DNA of 64,000 bases from an uncultured Alphaproteobacteria bacterium (lineage in GTDB: Bacteria; Pseudomonadota; Alphaproteobacteria; Rhizobiales; Xanthobacteraceae), in the NCBI GenBank assembly GCA_963736605.1, contig CAVTPQ010000003.1, positions 469,064 to 533,063 of the forward strand. The letters are read 5' to 3'. Of the stretch, positions 36,201 to 42,993 are shown one piece after another. The notes under the pieces were generated by a model. The model ran no database searches, was not told the DNA's origin, and was given only the letters and a program-made list of their open reading frames with translations. The position numbers were made by a program, and so were the translations under genes. The stretch's first letter is position 1, and every line of letters begins with the position of its first letter.

Positions 36201-38403
36201 CGAAATCCAGCTCATAAACATCAATGGCAGCGCTGGATCACCTGCGAACGTTTTCACCCCCACAGCGGTCCTGACAGTGCCGATAGCAGCGTCCGGACTT
36301 GCCGAAACAGCCTTGCCGGCGTGGGATTTAAGACCCGCCGCCAACGCGTACGTGCTGGCGGTCGCGGAATCGAGCGAAACCGGGACCGACAATGTAATTC
36401 ATTTCCAGGGTTACAAGATCAACACCGGAGGCACGGCGGTAGTTACAGACTCCGTGTCGTTCACTTTGCAGCCGGACCTGAACGCTTACGCAGGTGCGAC
36501 GAACGAAATCGTGCAGCCGGTCATTGCAACGATCAGCCAGTATCCGGGGCAAGTTGCCGAAGCGCTGCAGTTCGCACAATCACCCGATAACGGCAACGAT
36601 TATTTCGTCGCGTGGAATGAGACCGTCAATAGCTCGACCGGCGCCTTCCTTGGCGATCAGGTCGAGTTTGCGGTGCTCAATCCGATAAACTCCACCACCG
36701 TCACAGTCGAACTTCAGAACACATTCCAAATCGCGGACGGTCAGGCGCAGAATGTCAGGGTCGGGGAATTCACCGATCCGTTCAATTCCTCCCAGGATGA
36801 CGTCGTTGTTGCCTACGGCGACGATACCGGCACGCACATCAATGAATATGCCGTGACCGCAACCGGCACAGCAGTCACCCTGCTCGCCAGCTTTACCGAC
36901 CCGACCACGCAAGCCTTTGACAACATGACCGTCATGGGCGACGGGCGGATCGCCATAACCTATAACGATCTGGTCAACCCCGCGCCCGACGAGACCTCGC
37001 AATACGACTTCAAAATCTTCGATCTGCGCGCTGCCGGCATTACTATTGACAATTCGAACCTCAACGATGGCGAGAACAAATACATCGCCGGGACCCATTT
37101 CACCGACACGTTCACCGGCGAGAACAATGTCAACAACCTCTACTACTTCGTCGGCGAGGACACGACGAGCGGCCCGGGGCCGACCGACACCTTCACCGGC
37201 GGCAGCAACGGATGGAACATCGCTGTCTTTGCCGATGCGCGATCCGACTATTCATTTGCGACGGACGGCTCGGTTGTTTCGGCAATCGCCAACAATGGCG
37301 CCGATGCGGCGCATATCGGCTCGCTCGATGTGACGAACGTCCAATTCCTGGCGTTCGATCCGGCCTCCGATCCGACGCCGCACAACAACACGATCGATGT
37401 GAACGGCGGCACCTTCGTTGTTCTCCAAGGCAATATCCCGGGAAGCAGCAATGCAGTCCCTATTTCAATCGAGGCTGGCGCCACGGCTGAAATCGACACG
37501 GCGGCCCCATATTCGGGATCGGTGACGTTCGAGGCGGCGACCGGCACGCTAGGCATCGACCAACCCAACGATTTCCACGGCACCATCGCCAACATTACGA
37601 CGAGTGGCGATATCCTAGATCTCGGCGGATTTAACGCCGCAACCGATTCGATCTCCGCGACCACCGGCTTCGGAAGCTTTAGCAGCGGCGACACGACGCT
37701 GACGGTTGACGATGCGACGGACAGCCAGTCGGTGCAACTCACCCTAGTGGGTGACTATTCCGAGTCGGGCTGGACAGTCACAAGCGACGGCCATGGCGGC
37801 GCCGACGTTTTCGATCCGCCGATCACGAATTCACCCACCGATCCTGTGGTGGATTCGTCGGCGACGGCGACGGGCGTAAACGGCACCGTGACATTCACCG
37901 ATTCCGACGCGACCGGAACAGAGCCGGCGAGCTTCACGCCGGACGGCTCGAATTATCTCGGCAGCTTCTCGCTTGGCCAGGTGACCGACAGCAACGGCGC
38001 CGCGTCCGTCGAATTCGACTTCAACGACGATCAGAATAATCTCACGTCCGGCCAGACACTGACACAGTCCTATAACGTCGCCGTCGCCGGTGCCCAGAAT
38101 CCCGCCGACAACGCCAACCAGACCGTGTCGGTGACGGTCGGCGGGCCCGGCAACGATAATTTCGTGTTCGCGCCCGGCGTCGGCGCCGACACCGTGACCA
38201 GTTTCAATGCGCAGCAGGACACGCTCGCGCTCGACCACTTCGCCAACGTGCAGACGGTGCAGGAATTGCAGGCGCTGATCTCAACCGACATACACGGCGA
38301 TGCGGTGATCAATCTCGGCCACAACGACAGCGTCACGCTCGCCGGCGTCACCGATACGCAATTGCAGCAGGTCATCCACGCCGGTCACGTGCTGCTGCAT
38401 TAA
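27235..38403 (+). CDS. Giant (3,722-aa) mosaic secreted/surface protein; putative T1SS-type adhesin
   Basis: Uninterrupted ORF with consistent codon bias. Contains a FecR-like head, N/P linker, beta-helix tracts, PD40 blades, lectin domain, VCBS-like unit, a GGPGNDNFVF RTX nonapeptide and a C-terminal tail. Confidence 0.9.
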   Translation: MMAAFAREGGYGIPASVIRSDSSHPNHIIVPDAQLLFTAQFHRAGPDLILISQDGRHHIIPGYFASEHRPALAAPNGASLTPDLVDLLAGSPTANEYAQAGAPAAPTPVGTVEKVVGSVAVMRNGVAVALHVGDKVYQSDVIQTGSDSQVGISFPDGTALNLTANTRMAINEFSYDEHAASGNGALLSLVEGSFSFVAGKVAHTGDMKIDTPVAIMGIRGTTGWVMEQVATVSATAGNVTVTFAIVPDFGTNRVGAYDLIDRNGNVVATVSEAGLAATLTGNGVNQPPSVSFAQLSPAQAQFQQNVIPAIGEVIQHAIQNNNQPNNNNNNNNPTPQSTPGSHSDGTLPQDVPNNQTQPPLVSNPTTTTVVVNTPTGTQTVDITLAPTPPTPPAPTPPPPTPTPTGPITDTWSPLSGNPASPPTWNTPQNWNAGTPPAPIDNAQVNSPVPATITDVESVQNLTVALGATVAVVSNTGATASSLTVSNSADDAGKIQADSTTTDPIVKFDLATVTVESTGTIEAHGNQATVLFSGDTVTVSTSGSIIADDFGGIVFNTATDSNGQIHGDTLDNAGSMTATSGGGMLIQSTLLTNETGAIIEADTGGTVELLSSFVEKNLGTFEAGSDGKFEIVDSTIDNAGGNVEAIGSGALVQLSDSIIEGGTVATGDPSSSAAGEIEILAASGANLSMLDGTTNGPLTLNAYVQVDANANLDLTGTINSTGTVDAIGTVLLSDATIQGGILTSGASGLFEIQNVPNNAPSTFEDVTVSGATIHVDGTLALDGDTISGGTIDALLGPAGSPQPIEIPVLGYNAIGPAVSANGEFVAFIASTSLPGQGGDTAGLIELYNATSGQLTNISALVPEIDLHDGEHFGDVPSISDSGRYVVFQGKYQVTQDNLDGTTTTFPSSDVFLDDSQTQQVTLVRSDTGSAVISGNGQVIAAQGNTTESGGDHILVMNDNGSVQTEIEGDPSYVPPDNNSDNFGNIGSVYDPSLSDNGRFVSFWSTASEIAVTQNGVTTDISTGNTSETVAQVYVYDTLTHTLKEASGTLGGVQGNGDSGALTLGNNNSDWTPALSGNGRFVVFQSTASNLVAGVGDANHDVSNIFLYDTHTGKTVAVTTADGSTVTGSSMRPEISADGKYITFASDASDLPGANGGWQTYMVAIDPATGALGSPELLSTGFAGADNGQNNLANSVSDGGGVAAFGGAALGFNIDVGQATVVSAAAGTVKFAGGAVTDYNPAGDTLTVTVSVAHGTLAPVDTISASSGLSIVGGNNGSHGTLEFSGPLDAVNAALQSGAIYTPTGYNQSSPFPDTMSMTVTNTAGEIATQTTQFDPQASGVVTGATNTGQYDIFLENQQTVDVTGDTTINDHATIDGGLLRVESGVTLTLNDVTDNGSTILNNGTLDFTGPATLQNINLIGGQLTIESDQTLTLGDGETPGEVTFKNVTVTDNGTLQVDANETLTWAGSDSVDGSGVSGDLVFDNNGHVIYAGALASQFSTVTWEGAGTVTRDGGGVSGPSDTLVTNEGNTFDGFGTQGGVGTTLVNEAAGTFDADVAHQTYTLDFSNITNAGTLEATNGGELLVHSTVQNSIEDTESSVVASGGFVDFELGISDGTATISDGGKLEYGWSSNVATTFADASTLQLDHQDQGDAQAYTGTVRGFGSGDVLDLRGFESQSQSNDQFTTSPSYDSDTNTTTLTITDTSQGNETSAPITLSGDYSTATLASENLGWSATSDGSGGVNVTEQPLPNFISFSGGTINTNGNVTPQISPDGSTLTLTDGNASEAASWFATNQVSVAGFTASFDYKATGSEGNLADGMAFILQDSNAGINALGGNGSSLGYGAPNPTGGGTTISPSAAVELNLYNADSPHVPGTNFATDGGFGSYNPTGSVDFADTGDAIQVVLSYNGRALTETLTDLVNGNTYSTTYNNVDLAQILGSTTAYVGFSAATGGGVSTQTVSDFIFGTAAQAHWVGAPGADWTTSGDWSDGNGHVIATPNSTSDVVIDESGNYTLAITSADTANLVTLTAAGADVQDEAGGSLTLAGALSVDAGSFSLIGGSLTAASIYVGSASYFVAEGTVQAPLDNDGGTVQAYGNLSLSGAVTGSGTFEVNGHTLDFGNSIAGGTVDFGADTGTLQLDQSANFHATVNNFTGSDVMDLTDVAYSSGEIASWTQVTSSGGTLQIYNGDTLEETLNLAGTYTTANFSLAQDSGAASPPGSPGTEVLWSAGNTPPPVDTWTGTGDWTDGTHWSTGSAPGAGAQAAIASGGAPGINFNLTFDSLTMQSSGEIDIGVTSGAILTLDDGTTITGGNLVIGDGQSGELKIEANGTNTSGATLDDVSVQNFGTIQVDIGQQPVDLVLSDGTTVSGGTLSIGGSGEVEIAVGSGINGNGATLDGVTVNNQGLLRVDDAATLTVADMVTLQDGGTVSMLNAGSGSNIVGVRGSDNNPAKLDNVDNIIKGPGTIGDGSGDLALTNAGTIDATQGQTTLDTGNTITNKGLLEASSIGSLDVQDGTINWAGTTPTAGSNGIFVAGTLLVDTATLKLTGGGDVSLAAGSQIIEEPGNQLVTSGVALALDNVDNTISGAGTIGNHDDLLALTNEANGTIDANVSRATLTIDTADDQGHSSTLANAGTLKAENGGELSVHSIVDNTNGTVVVSGAGSFVDFLLGISGGSATIADGGKLEYGWSSDVATAFTGPGTLQLDHQNQEDPQVVSAAAQQLSLPYGGTVTDFGTGDTIDLTDLAYATNETVTWTQGVGSGTLAITSGGQTADIALAGTYSQGNFALSKDNGSGTDVVFNDFSWGELNYPAVVQGEHLFGVNPQFDSSAGFIALAYNDATDYSTSDTSFTATPNVESLDPFFLPGRHAPQTLSSFTVQAPGRYNLIVPNIDYSAGNSPDGVAGVFATGIYVFKGKVDSTNGIWQVIATPDGNGGVTPGAPTEIGDASTTGETIYNLKETSHSSGGIASSYSISWDQFGGSSTTTGSYNIEIQLININGSAGSPANVFTPTAVLTVPIAASGLAETALPAWDLRPAANAYVLAVAESSETGTDNVIHFQGYKINTGGTAVVTDSVSFTLQPDLNAYAGATNEIVQPVIATISQYPGQVAEALQFAQSPDNGNDYFVAWNETVNSSTGAFLGDQVEFAVLNPINSTTVTVELQNTFQIADGQAQNVRVGEFTDPFNSSQDDVVVAYGDDTGTHINEYAVTATGTAVTLLASFTDPTTQAFDNMTVMGDGRIAITYNDLVNPAPDETSQYDFKIFDLRAAGITIDNSNLNDGENKYIAGTHFTDTFTGENNVNNLYYFVGEDTTSGPGPTDTFTGGSNGWNIAVFADARSDYSFATDGSVVSAIANNGADAAHIGSLDVTNVQFLAFDPASDPTPHNNTIDVNGGTFVVLQGNIPGSSNAVPISIEAGATAEIDTAAPYSGSVTFEAATGTLGIDQPNDFHGTIANITTSGDILDLGGFNAATDSISATTGFGSFSSGDTTLTVDDATDSQSVQLTLVGDYSESGWTVTSDGHGGADVFDPPITNSPTDPVVDSSATATGVNGTVTFTDSDATGTEPASFTPDGSNYLGSFSLGQVTDSNGAASVEFDFNDDQNNLTSGQTLTQSYNVAVAGAQNPADNANQTVSVTVGGPGNDNFVFAPGVGADTVTSFNAQQDTLALDHFANVQTVQELQALISTDIHGDAVINLGHNDSVTLAGVTDTQLQQVIHAGHVLLH
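27559..27909 (+). other. FecR-like domain of the giant protein
   Basis: VGTVEKVVGSVAVMRNGVAVALHVGDKVYQSDVIQTGSDSQVGISFPDGTALNLTANTRM...TPVAIMGIRGTTGWV. Confidence 0.6.
28192..28452 (+). repeat. Low-complexity Asn-run / Pro-Thr-rich linker
   Basis: NNNQPNNNNNNNNPTPQ ... APTPPTPPAPTPPPPTPTPTGP. Confidence 0.85.
29659..30740 (+). other. PD40/TolB-like beta-propeller repeats
   Basis: VSANGEFVAFIAS; ISDSGRYVVFQG; LSDNGRFVSFWSTAS; LSGNGRFVVFQSTASNL; ISADGKYITFASDASDL. Confidence 0.6.
32473..33132 (+). other. L-type (legume-like) lectin / ConA-like domain
   Basis: FTASFDYKATGSEGNLADGMAFILQD; SAAVELNLYN; AYVGFSAATGGGVSTQTVSDFIF. Confidence 0.6.
38140..38403 (+). other. Single RTX nonapeptide plus C-terminal tail (putative T1SS signal region)
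   Basis: GGPGNDNFVFAPGVGADTVTSFNAQQDTLALDHF...DSVTLAGVT...HVLLH. Confidence 0.5.
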
Positions 38404-38427
38404 GGCTTCATCGTTCTCGCTGCTTTT

Positions 38428-38553
38428 CGTCATGGCCGGACTTGTTCCGGCCATCCACGTCTTTGTTCTTCGGCCGCAGCAAAGACGTGGATGGCCGCGA
38501 CATAGGCGAGCGAAGCGACGCCGTTCTTGGAACGGTTACGCGCGGGCATGACG
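38428..38553. repeat. Composite REP-like palindromic element
   Basis: Nested hairpins ggccgga-cttgt-tccggcc and ccatccacgtctttg/caaagacgtggatgg, bounded by cgtcatg...catgacg. Confidence 0.65.
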
Positions 38554-38576
38554 ATTCAATCAATTTTGGTCCGGTG

Positions 38577-39256
38577 CTAATGCGCCGGTTCGGCCGCTAC
38601 GTCGCTGGCGAGCTTGGTCATCGCCGCCATGTCGTCGGCGACGAATTTGCCGTATTGCTCCGGGCTCATCGGCGCAGTGTCGAACACCATGCGCTGCAAT
38701 TGATTGCGGATCGCCGGGATTTGCAGCGCTCTGTCGATGGCGGCGTTGAGCTTGTCGATGATATCGCGCGGCGTGTTGACCGGCGCCGAGACGCCGCACC
38801 AGATCAGATATTCGCCGATCGGATAGCCGGCTTGCGCCAGCGTCGGCACGCCAGGAAACGACAGCGCGCGATTGGGTGTGCTGACCGCAAGCGGTATCGC
38901 CTTGTGCTGGAGAACCAGCGGCACCGCCGGCGCCATGGGGAAAAAATAAAAGTCGATCTTTCCTGCGGCCAGATCGTCGATCGCCGCGACCGGTCCGCTG
39001 TGAGTCACTGATTTTACGTCAAATCCGGCCGCGACGCGGAACGCTTCGGCGGCGATATAGGGCGCGGTGCCAAGCCCGAGCGAGCCGAATTTGAGCGCGC
39101 CGGGCTTTGCCTTCGCTGCCGCGACGAGATCGGCCAAGGCGTTATCAGCGTCACCGGCCGCGCCGGCCATTGCTGCGCGAGCGCCGCCGTGACGATCGCA
39201 GTTGCGGCCACGGCCACACCCGCGAGCGCCGCGCACACTACCCTGAGCGACTTCAT
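38577..39256 (-). pseudogene. Bug-family TTT substrate-binding protein gene with internal deletion and frameshift
   Basis: The signal peptide + QQWPARPVTLI (frame A, 39256 downward) is joined out of frame to ...LADLVAAAKAKPGALKFGSLGLGTAPYIAAE...C-terminus (frame B). About 80 aa of the N-domain are missing. Confidence 0.6.
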
Positions 39257-39286
39257 GTGGTTTCGCCGGTCCGCCGATGTTCAGGC

Positions 39287-39691
39287 TCAGGCCAGCTTGA
39301 ACAGTGCGAGCACCAGCATGACCTGCGCGACGAATCCGCCGGCGAACACCAACGTGCGCAGCACCGGGATGCCGGCCGTATAGACCGCCGCGTACACGAG
39401 CCGCGACCAGAAGAAGAGCTGGCAGGCCAGCGTCGTCGTCGGCGTTGCCAGGTTTACGTTGAGGTCCTGCGTCGCCAAAACCAGCGGCGCGAAGACAACG
39501 AGATTTTCGACGGTATTGCGATGCGCCGCCATCAGGCGCTGCGCCCAGGCCGATTGCGGCTTGTCGTCGGGGCTCGGATTGGCCAGCGTCGGCATCAGAC
39601 CGCGCACCATGATGCGGTCGAGAATGTACGGGATCCACATCAAGCCCGTCATCGCCGTGGTCATTACTAGCCAGAACAGTTCGTGGGACAT
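39287..39691 (-). CDS. MAPEG family membrane protein
   Basis: WIPYILDRIMVRG...AHRNTVENLVVFAPLVL; four TM segments. Confidence 0.8.
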   Translation of the reverse strand: MSHELFWLVMTTAMTGLMWIPYILDRIMVRGLMPTLANPSPDDKPQSAWAQRLMAAHRNTVENLVVFAPLVLATQDLNVNLATPTTTLACQLFFWSRLVYAAVYTAGIPVLRTLVFAGGFVAQVMLVLALFKLA

Positions 39692-39815
39692 GTCGCCCTC
39701 CCGGCATCGTCAAAGCATGATTTCAAATGCGGTCCCTCAACCGCCGCGGAGCCTAGCGGTTTTCGCCTTTTCTGCATAGCTGGAGCGGCCAAAGGGTGCG
39801 GCGTCGCATTTCGGC

Positions 39816-40985
39816 TCATAGCAGGCGGGGTATGCCGAGCCGTTCGACCTCTTCCAGTACGGCGGCGATGTTCTGATGGCCGGCGCCGAAATGGCTTTTC
39901 GGATCAGGCAGCTCGACCTGGCGCACGCCGGCGAGACGATAATATTTGTCGTGAACCAGGCAGCGGTTGCGGATGAGCGGCCACAGCATGCGGCCGAGCA
40001 TGCGCTGATCGTGACCGTATTTTGCCGTGGGCCCGGCCGTGAAATAACTCCGCATCAGATCAACGATGTCGATGCCGCAATCGGCGCGGCCGGCCCATAG
40101 GCAACCGATCATCAACTCGTTGTGCAGCACGTGGTCGCGTATCACGTGGAACGGGTAGCCGCTGTCGATCCATTCTTGGACGAGACCGGCCTCCTCAGCC
40201 GATAGCCGCGCGTCGCAGTCGCGCACGAGAAAACGGCCGACCGTCTGGTCGTTCATCACCAGGAATCGCTGAAACAAGCCGACGCCAGGATATTCGTCCT
40301 CGATGTTGCGGACGTCGGCGCCGTTGCTGCGCAAATACGCAACGCAGGCGCGCGGCACGTCGGCCGCGACGTAGAACCGGCACGTCCAGCCCGGATAGAC
40401 GGCGCGGCTCGTCACCAGATTGATCATGGCCCCGTAAGCGTAAGACGGCGCCTTGCCCCATAGCGAAAACGAGATGACATCGTCGCCCGTCGATGGAGAA
40501 CTCGGTTCGGTCACGGCGGCCTGCGGCGGATTTGCGCAGGCTTCGGCGTCGCGCAAGGTGAGGGCGCGCTGTCCGTACCGAACGGCATCATCGATCTTGC
40601 CGGTGTAGAAATGCGCCACCTTGAGCGCGTCGAGCATCGTGAGGTCTTCGCCGTACCGGTCGATATAGCGCGCGGCCTGCACGATAGTTTCGTCGTAGCG
40701 CTTCATGTTCGACAGCGTCGCGATCAGCGCCTTCTGCAGGCGAGCGATGTCGGGCTGACGGCGCACCAGTTCCTCTGCCAGCGCGAGCGCCGGCAACCAA
40801 TCTCGCTTCTGGAAAAATCCGTCGAACAGCAATTCCTTGGCAACGAGGTCATCCGGCCGCATCACAATGACGGCACAGGATCTAGCGATAGCCTCATCGT
40901 TCCTGCCGGCCCGCAGCAGCGCACGAATGTGATCGTAGACTTGTGGCGCGACCTTTGGGGAGGTCTCGCTTACAGCGTTGGACAT
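39816..40985 (-). CDS. TPR-repeat protein with C-terminal DxD glycosyltransferase-like domain
   Basis: N-terminal TPR-like helices; C-terminal ISFSLWGKAPSYAYGAMINL..YPGWTCRFYV...LVRDCDARL. ATG at 40985 (the ORF extends to TTG 41006). Confidence 0.65.
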   Translation of the reverse strand: MSNAVSETSPKVAPQVYDHIRALLRAGRNDEAIARSCAVIVMRPDDLVAKELLFDGFFQKRDWLPALALAEELVRRQPDIARLQKALIATLSNMKRYDETIVQAARYIDRYGEDLTMLDALKVAHFYTGKIDDAVRYGQRALTLRDAEACANPPQAAVTEPSSPSTGDDVISFSLWGKAPSYAYGAMINLVTSRAVYPGWTCRFYVAADVPRACVAYLRSNGADVRNIEDEYPGVGLFQRFLVMNDQTVGRFLVRDCDARLSAEEAGLVQEWIDSGYPFHVIRDHVLHNELMIGCLWAGRADCGIDIVDLMRSYFTAGPTAKYGHDQRMLGRMLWPLIRNRCLVHDKYYRLAGVRQVELPDPKSHFGAGHQNIAAVLEEVERLGIPRLL

Positions 40986-41124
40986 TGTCAATTCCGACCC
41001 ACCCAAAACGTCTCACTATGATGCTTCGTCATTAGACTCGGCAAGCTGGGGCAAATGTAGCCTTAGAAACCGGCGCGTCGAAGCTAGGGCCGAGGTAGTA
41101 GGGCACGGTCCTCGCGGCCTCTGA

Positions 41125-41376
41125 TTACTTACTTCGTCTGGATGTGCGCTTCCGAAGCCGTACGCCCGGGCCGCCGCCATTTTCGTCGATGAATTCGACG
41201 CCGGCGTTCTTGAAAGCAGCTTCGATCGCTGCGATCGTTGCGGCATCGCCAACATAACGGCCCGTCTCAATATTAGAAATTGTATTTCGGTGAAGGCCTG
41301 TTGCTTCCGCGAGGTCTCGCACGGTCCAATTAAGGGCCCCTCTAGCCATCCGCAATTGTGCACTTGTCACAGGCAT
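41125..41376 (-). CDS. XRE-family helix-turn-helix regulator (repressor-like)
   Basis: LRMARGALNWTVRDLAEATGLHRNTISNIETGR. Confidence 0.8.
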   Translation of the reverse strand: MPVTSAQLRMARGALNWTVRDLAEATGLHRNTISNIETGRYVGDAATIAAIEAAFKNAGVEFIDENGGGPGVRLRKRTSRRSK

Positions 41377-41444
41377 TATATTGTGCTATTGTCACATGTG
41401 CTGTTGACACAATTGTGGAATATCACGTTAGTCTGGAGGTTGTC
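41350..41444. promoter_or_regulatory. Divergent promoter/operator region between XRE and yqaJ-like genes
   Basis: ATTGTG/ATTGTC half-sites at 41355, 41380, 41388 and 41412. Perfect palindrome cacaattgtg at 41408-41417 overlaps TTGACA (41404-41409). Confidence 0.35.
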
Positions 41445-42293
41445 ATGTCAGAGGCTCGTAACAAAGCGCGAAAATCACAGGTTAGAGGGTTAGACCGTCG
41501 GTACTTTATCGGCGGCTCGGATGCCCGGATCATCATGGGCACCGACGAGGCCGCGTTGGTGCGGCTCTGGCGGGAAAAACGCGGAGAAGTCGAGCCCGAG
41601 GACCTCTCGGGCAACCTCATCGTCCAGTTGGGCCTGGCCACCGAGGACCTCAATCGGCGCTGGTATGGATTGAATACCGGACAAGTCATCACCGATATCC
41701 AGCGGCGAGTGTTTCATCCGGCTCTGAAGTGGATGGCAGCAACATTGGACGGACGTGTGGATGGCAGCGATGCGGTATTCGAAGCCAAGTTCATGCTGCC
41801 GTGGTCGTTCTCGGAGGAGGGAGCGGCCTCGAAATACATGCCCCAGTTGCAGCATAATATGTGGGTGGTGGCGGCCCGGACCGCGGTGCTTTCGGTGATC
41901 ACCGGGGGAGGGAAGTGGGTCGAGATCCTGGCCCATGCCGACCCGCTCTATCAGCACCTGATTGTCACGGCTGAGAGGAAGTTCTGGCGCTGTGTCGAGA
42001 ACGGCGAAGAACCGAAGCTGTTCGGCGTTGAGCCGCCCAAGCCGCGGATCGAGGCGGTCCGCATTGTCGATATGAGCAGCTCCAACGCCTGGGCGGAGTT
42101 CGCCGGCATCTATGCCCAGACCCGCCAAGCCCATCTCGACCATGAGAACGCCAAGGCCGAACTCAAGAGCCTGATGCCGGCGGATGCCAAGGAAGCCACC
42201 GGCCATGGTCTTCACGCCAAGCGCTCGAAGTCCGGCGCCGTAAGCTTCGATCTTCTGGAGAGCAGGGAGGCTAGCCATGCACCGCTCCAGTGA
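41445..42293 (+). CDS. YqaJ-family viral recombinase (lambda-exonuclease-like)
   Basis: [27 protein letters not shown]...[13 protein letters not shown]...[15 protein letters not shown]...VFEAKF. GGAGG lies before the ATG. Confidence 0.8.
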   Translation: MSEARNKARKSQVRGLDRRYFIGGSDARIIMGTDEAALVRLWREKRGEVEPEDLSGNLIVQLGLATEDLNRRWYGLNTGQVITDIQRRVFHPALKWMAATLDGRVDGSDAVFEAKFMLPWSFSEEGAASKYMPQLQHNMWVVAARTAVLSVITGGGKWVEILAHADPLYQHLIVTAERKFWRCVENGEEPKLFGVEPPKPRIEAVRIVDMSSSNAWAEFAGIYAQTRQAHLDHENAKAELKSLMPADAKEATGHGLHAKRSKSGAVSFDLLESREASHAPLQ

Positions 42294-42993
42294 ATCGATC
42301 GCGGCATTGGCCGGGGCGCTGGCCAAGGCGCAGTGCAAACTCACCAACCCCGAGAAGTCTCTGATCGGTGCCATCAAAGCGGAGGAGGGTGGTGACACTG
42401 CCGAGCGGCTGTTTCGCTATGCCTCACTGGCCAGCGGGCTCGACATCGTGCGCAAGACCTTGGGCCAGCATGAGATCGCGACCGTGCAGACCACGGCCAT
42501 CGATCAGGACGCGGGCATAATCAATTTGACCACGGTCTTGGCCCATGCCTCCGGGCAATGGGTCGCCTCCGACTGGCCGGTCTGCGCCATTGCCGACTCA
42601 GCAGAACCGCATCGGATGGGCGCAGCCCTGACCTATGCCCGGCGCTATGCCTTGTTCACACTGGTCGGCATTGCCGGCGAGGATGATCTCGATGCTCCCG
42701 ATCTGATCGCGCCACAGGCACAAGCTCCTGGCCATTCCGACAGCCGAGCAGTGAAGTCGCACTATGAAGGCGGTAACGGGCTCAATGCGACAGGGAGCGC
42801 AACTCGCCGCTCCGGCAAACCTGCCCAGACTGCGCCAAAGCCAACGCTGAAACCGCACCAATCGAAAGCGGAATGCGATCGGCTCCTGGCCGAACTCGAT
42901 CGTCTCGAGTTCGACCGATGCCGCCGCCCTATGGGCCCACCGCGCCTTGCCCGCAAAGAACAGCCTGTCCGCAGGGGATGCGAAGCGCGTTGA
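42277..42993 (+). CDS. ERF-family single-strand annealing protein (3' end probably frameshifted)
   Basis: [14 protein letters not shown]...[28 protein letters not shown]...[23 protein letters not shown]. Confidence 0.75.
   Translation: MHRSSESIAALAGALAKAQCKLTNPEKSLIGAIKAEEGGDTAERLFRYASLASGLDIVRKTLGQHEIATVQTTAIDQDAGIINLTTVLAHASGQWVASDWPVCAIADSAEPHRMGAALTYARRYALFTLVGIAGEDDLDAPDLIAPQAQAPGHSDSRAVKSHYEGGNGLNATGSATRRSGKPAQTAPKPTLKPHQSKAECDRLLAELDRLEFDRCRRPMGPPRLARKEQPVRRGCEAR

Noticed and set aside
27235-38403. Whether the repeated structure could be a CRISPR array or a non-coding satellite
   Set aside because: The repeats are long, divergent and in frame within a continuous ORF, with no short identical repeat/spacer periodicity. 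I saw no CRISPR array anywhere in the window.
38577-39713. 378-aa minus-strand ORF
   Set aside because: It is a composite of the Bug pseudogene C-terminal frame and an out-of-frame read through the MAPEG gene.
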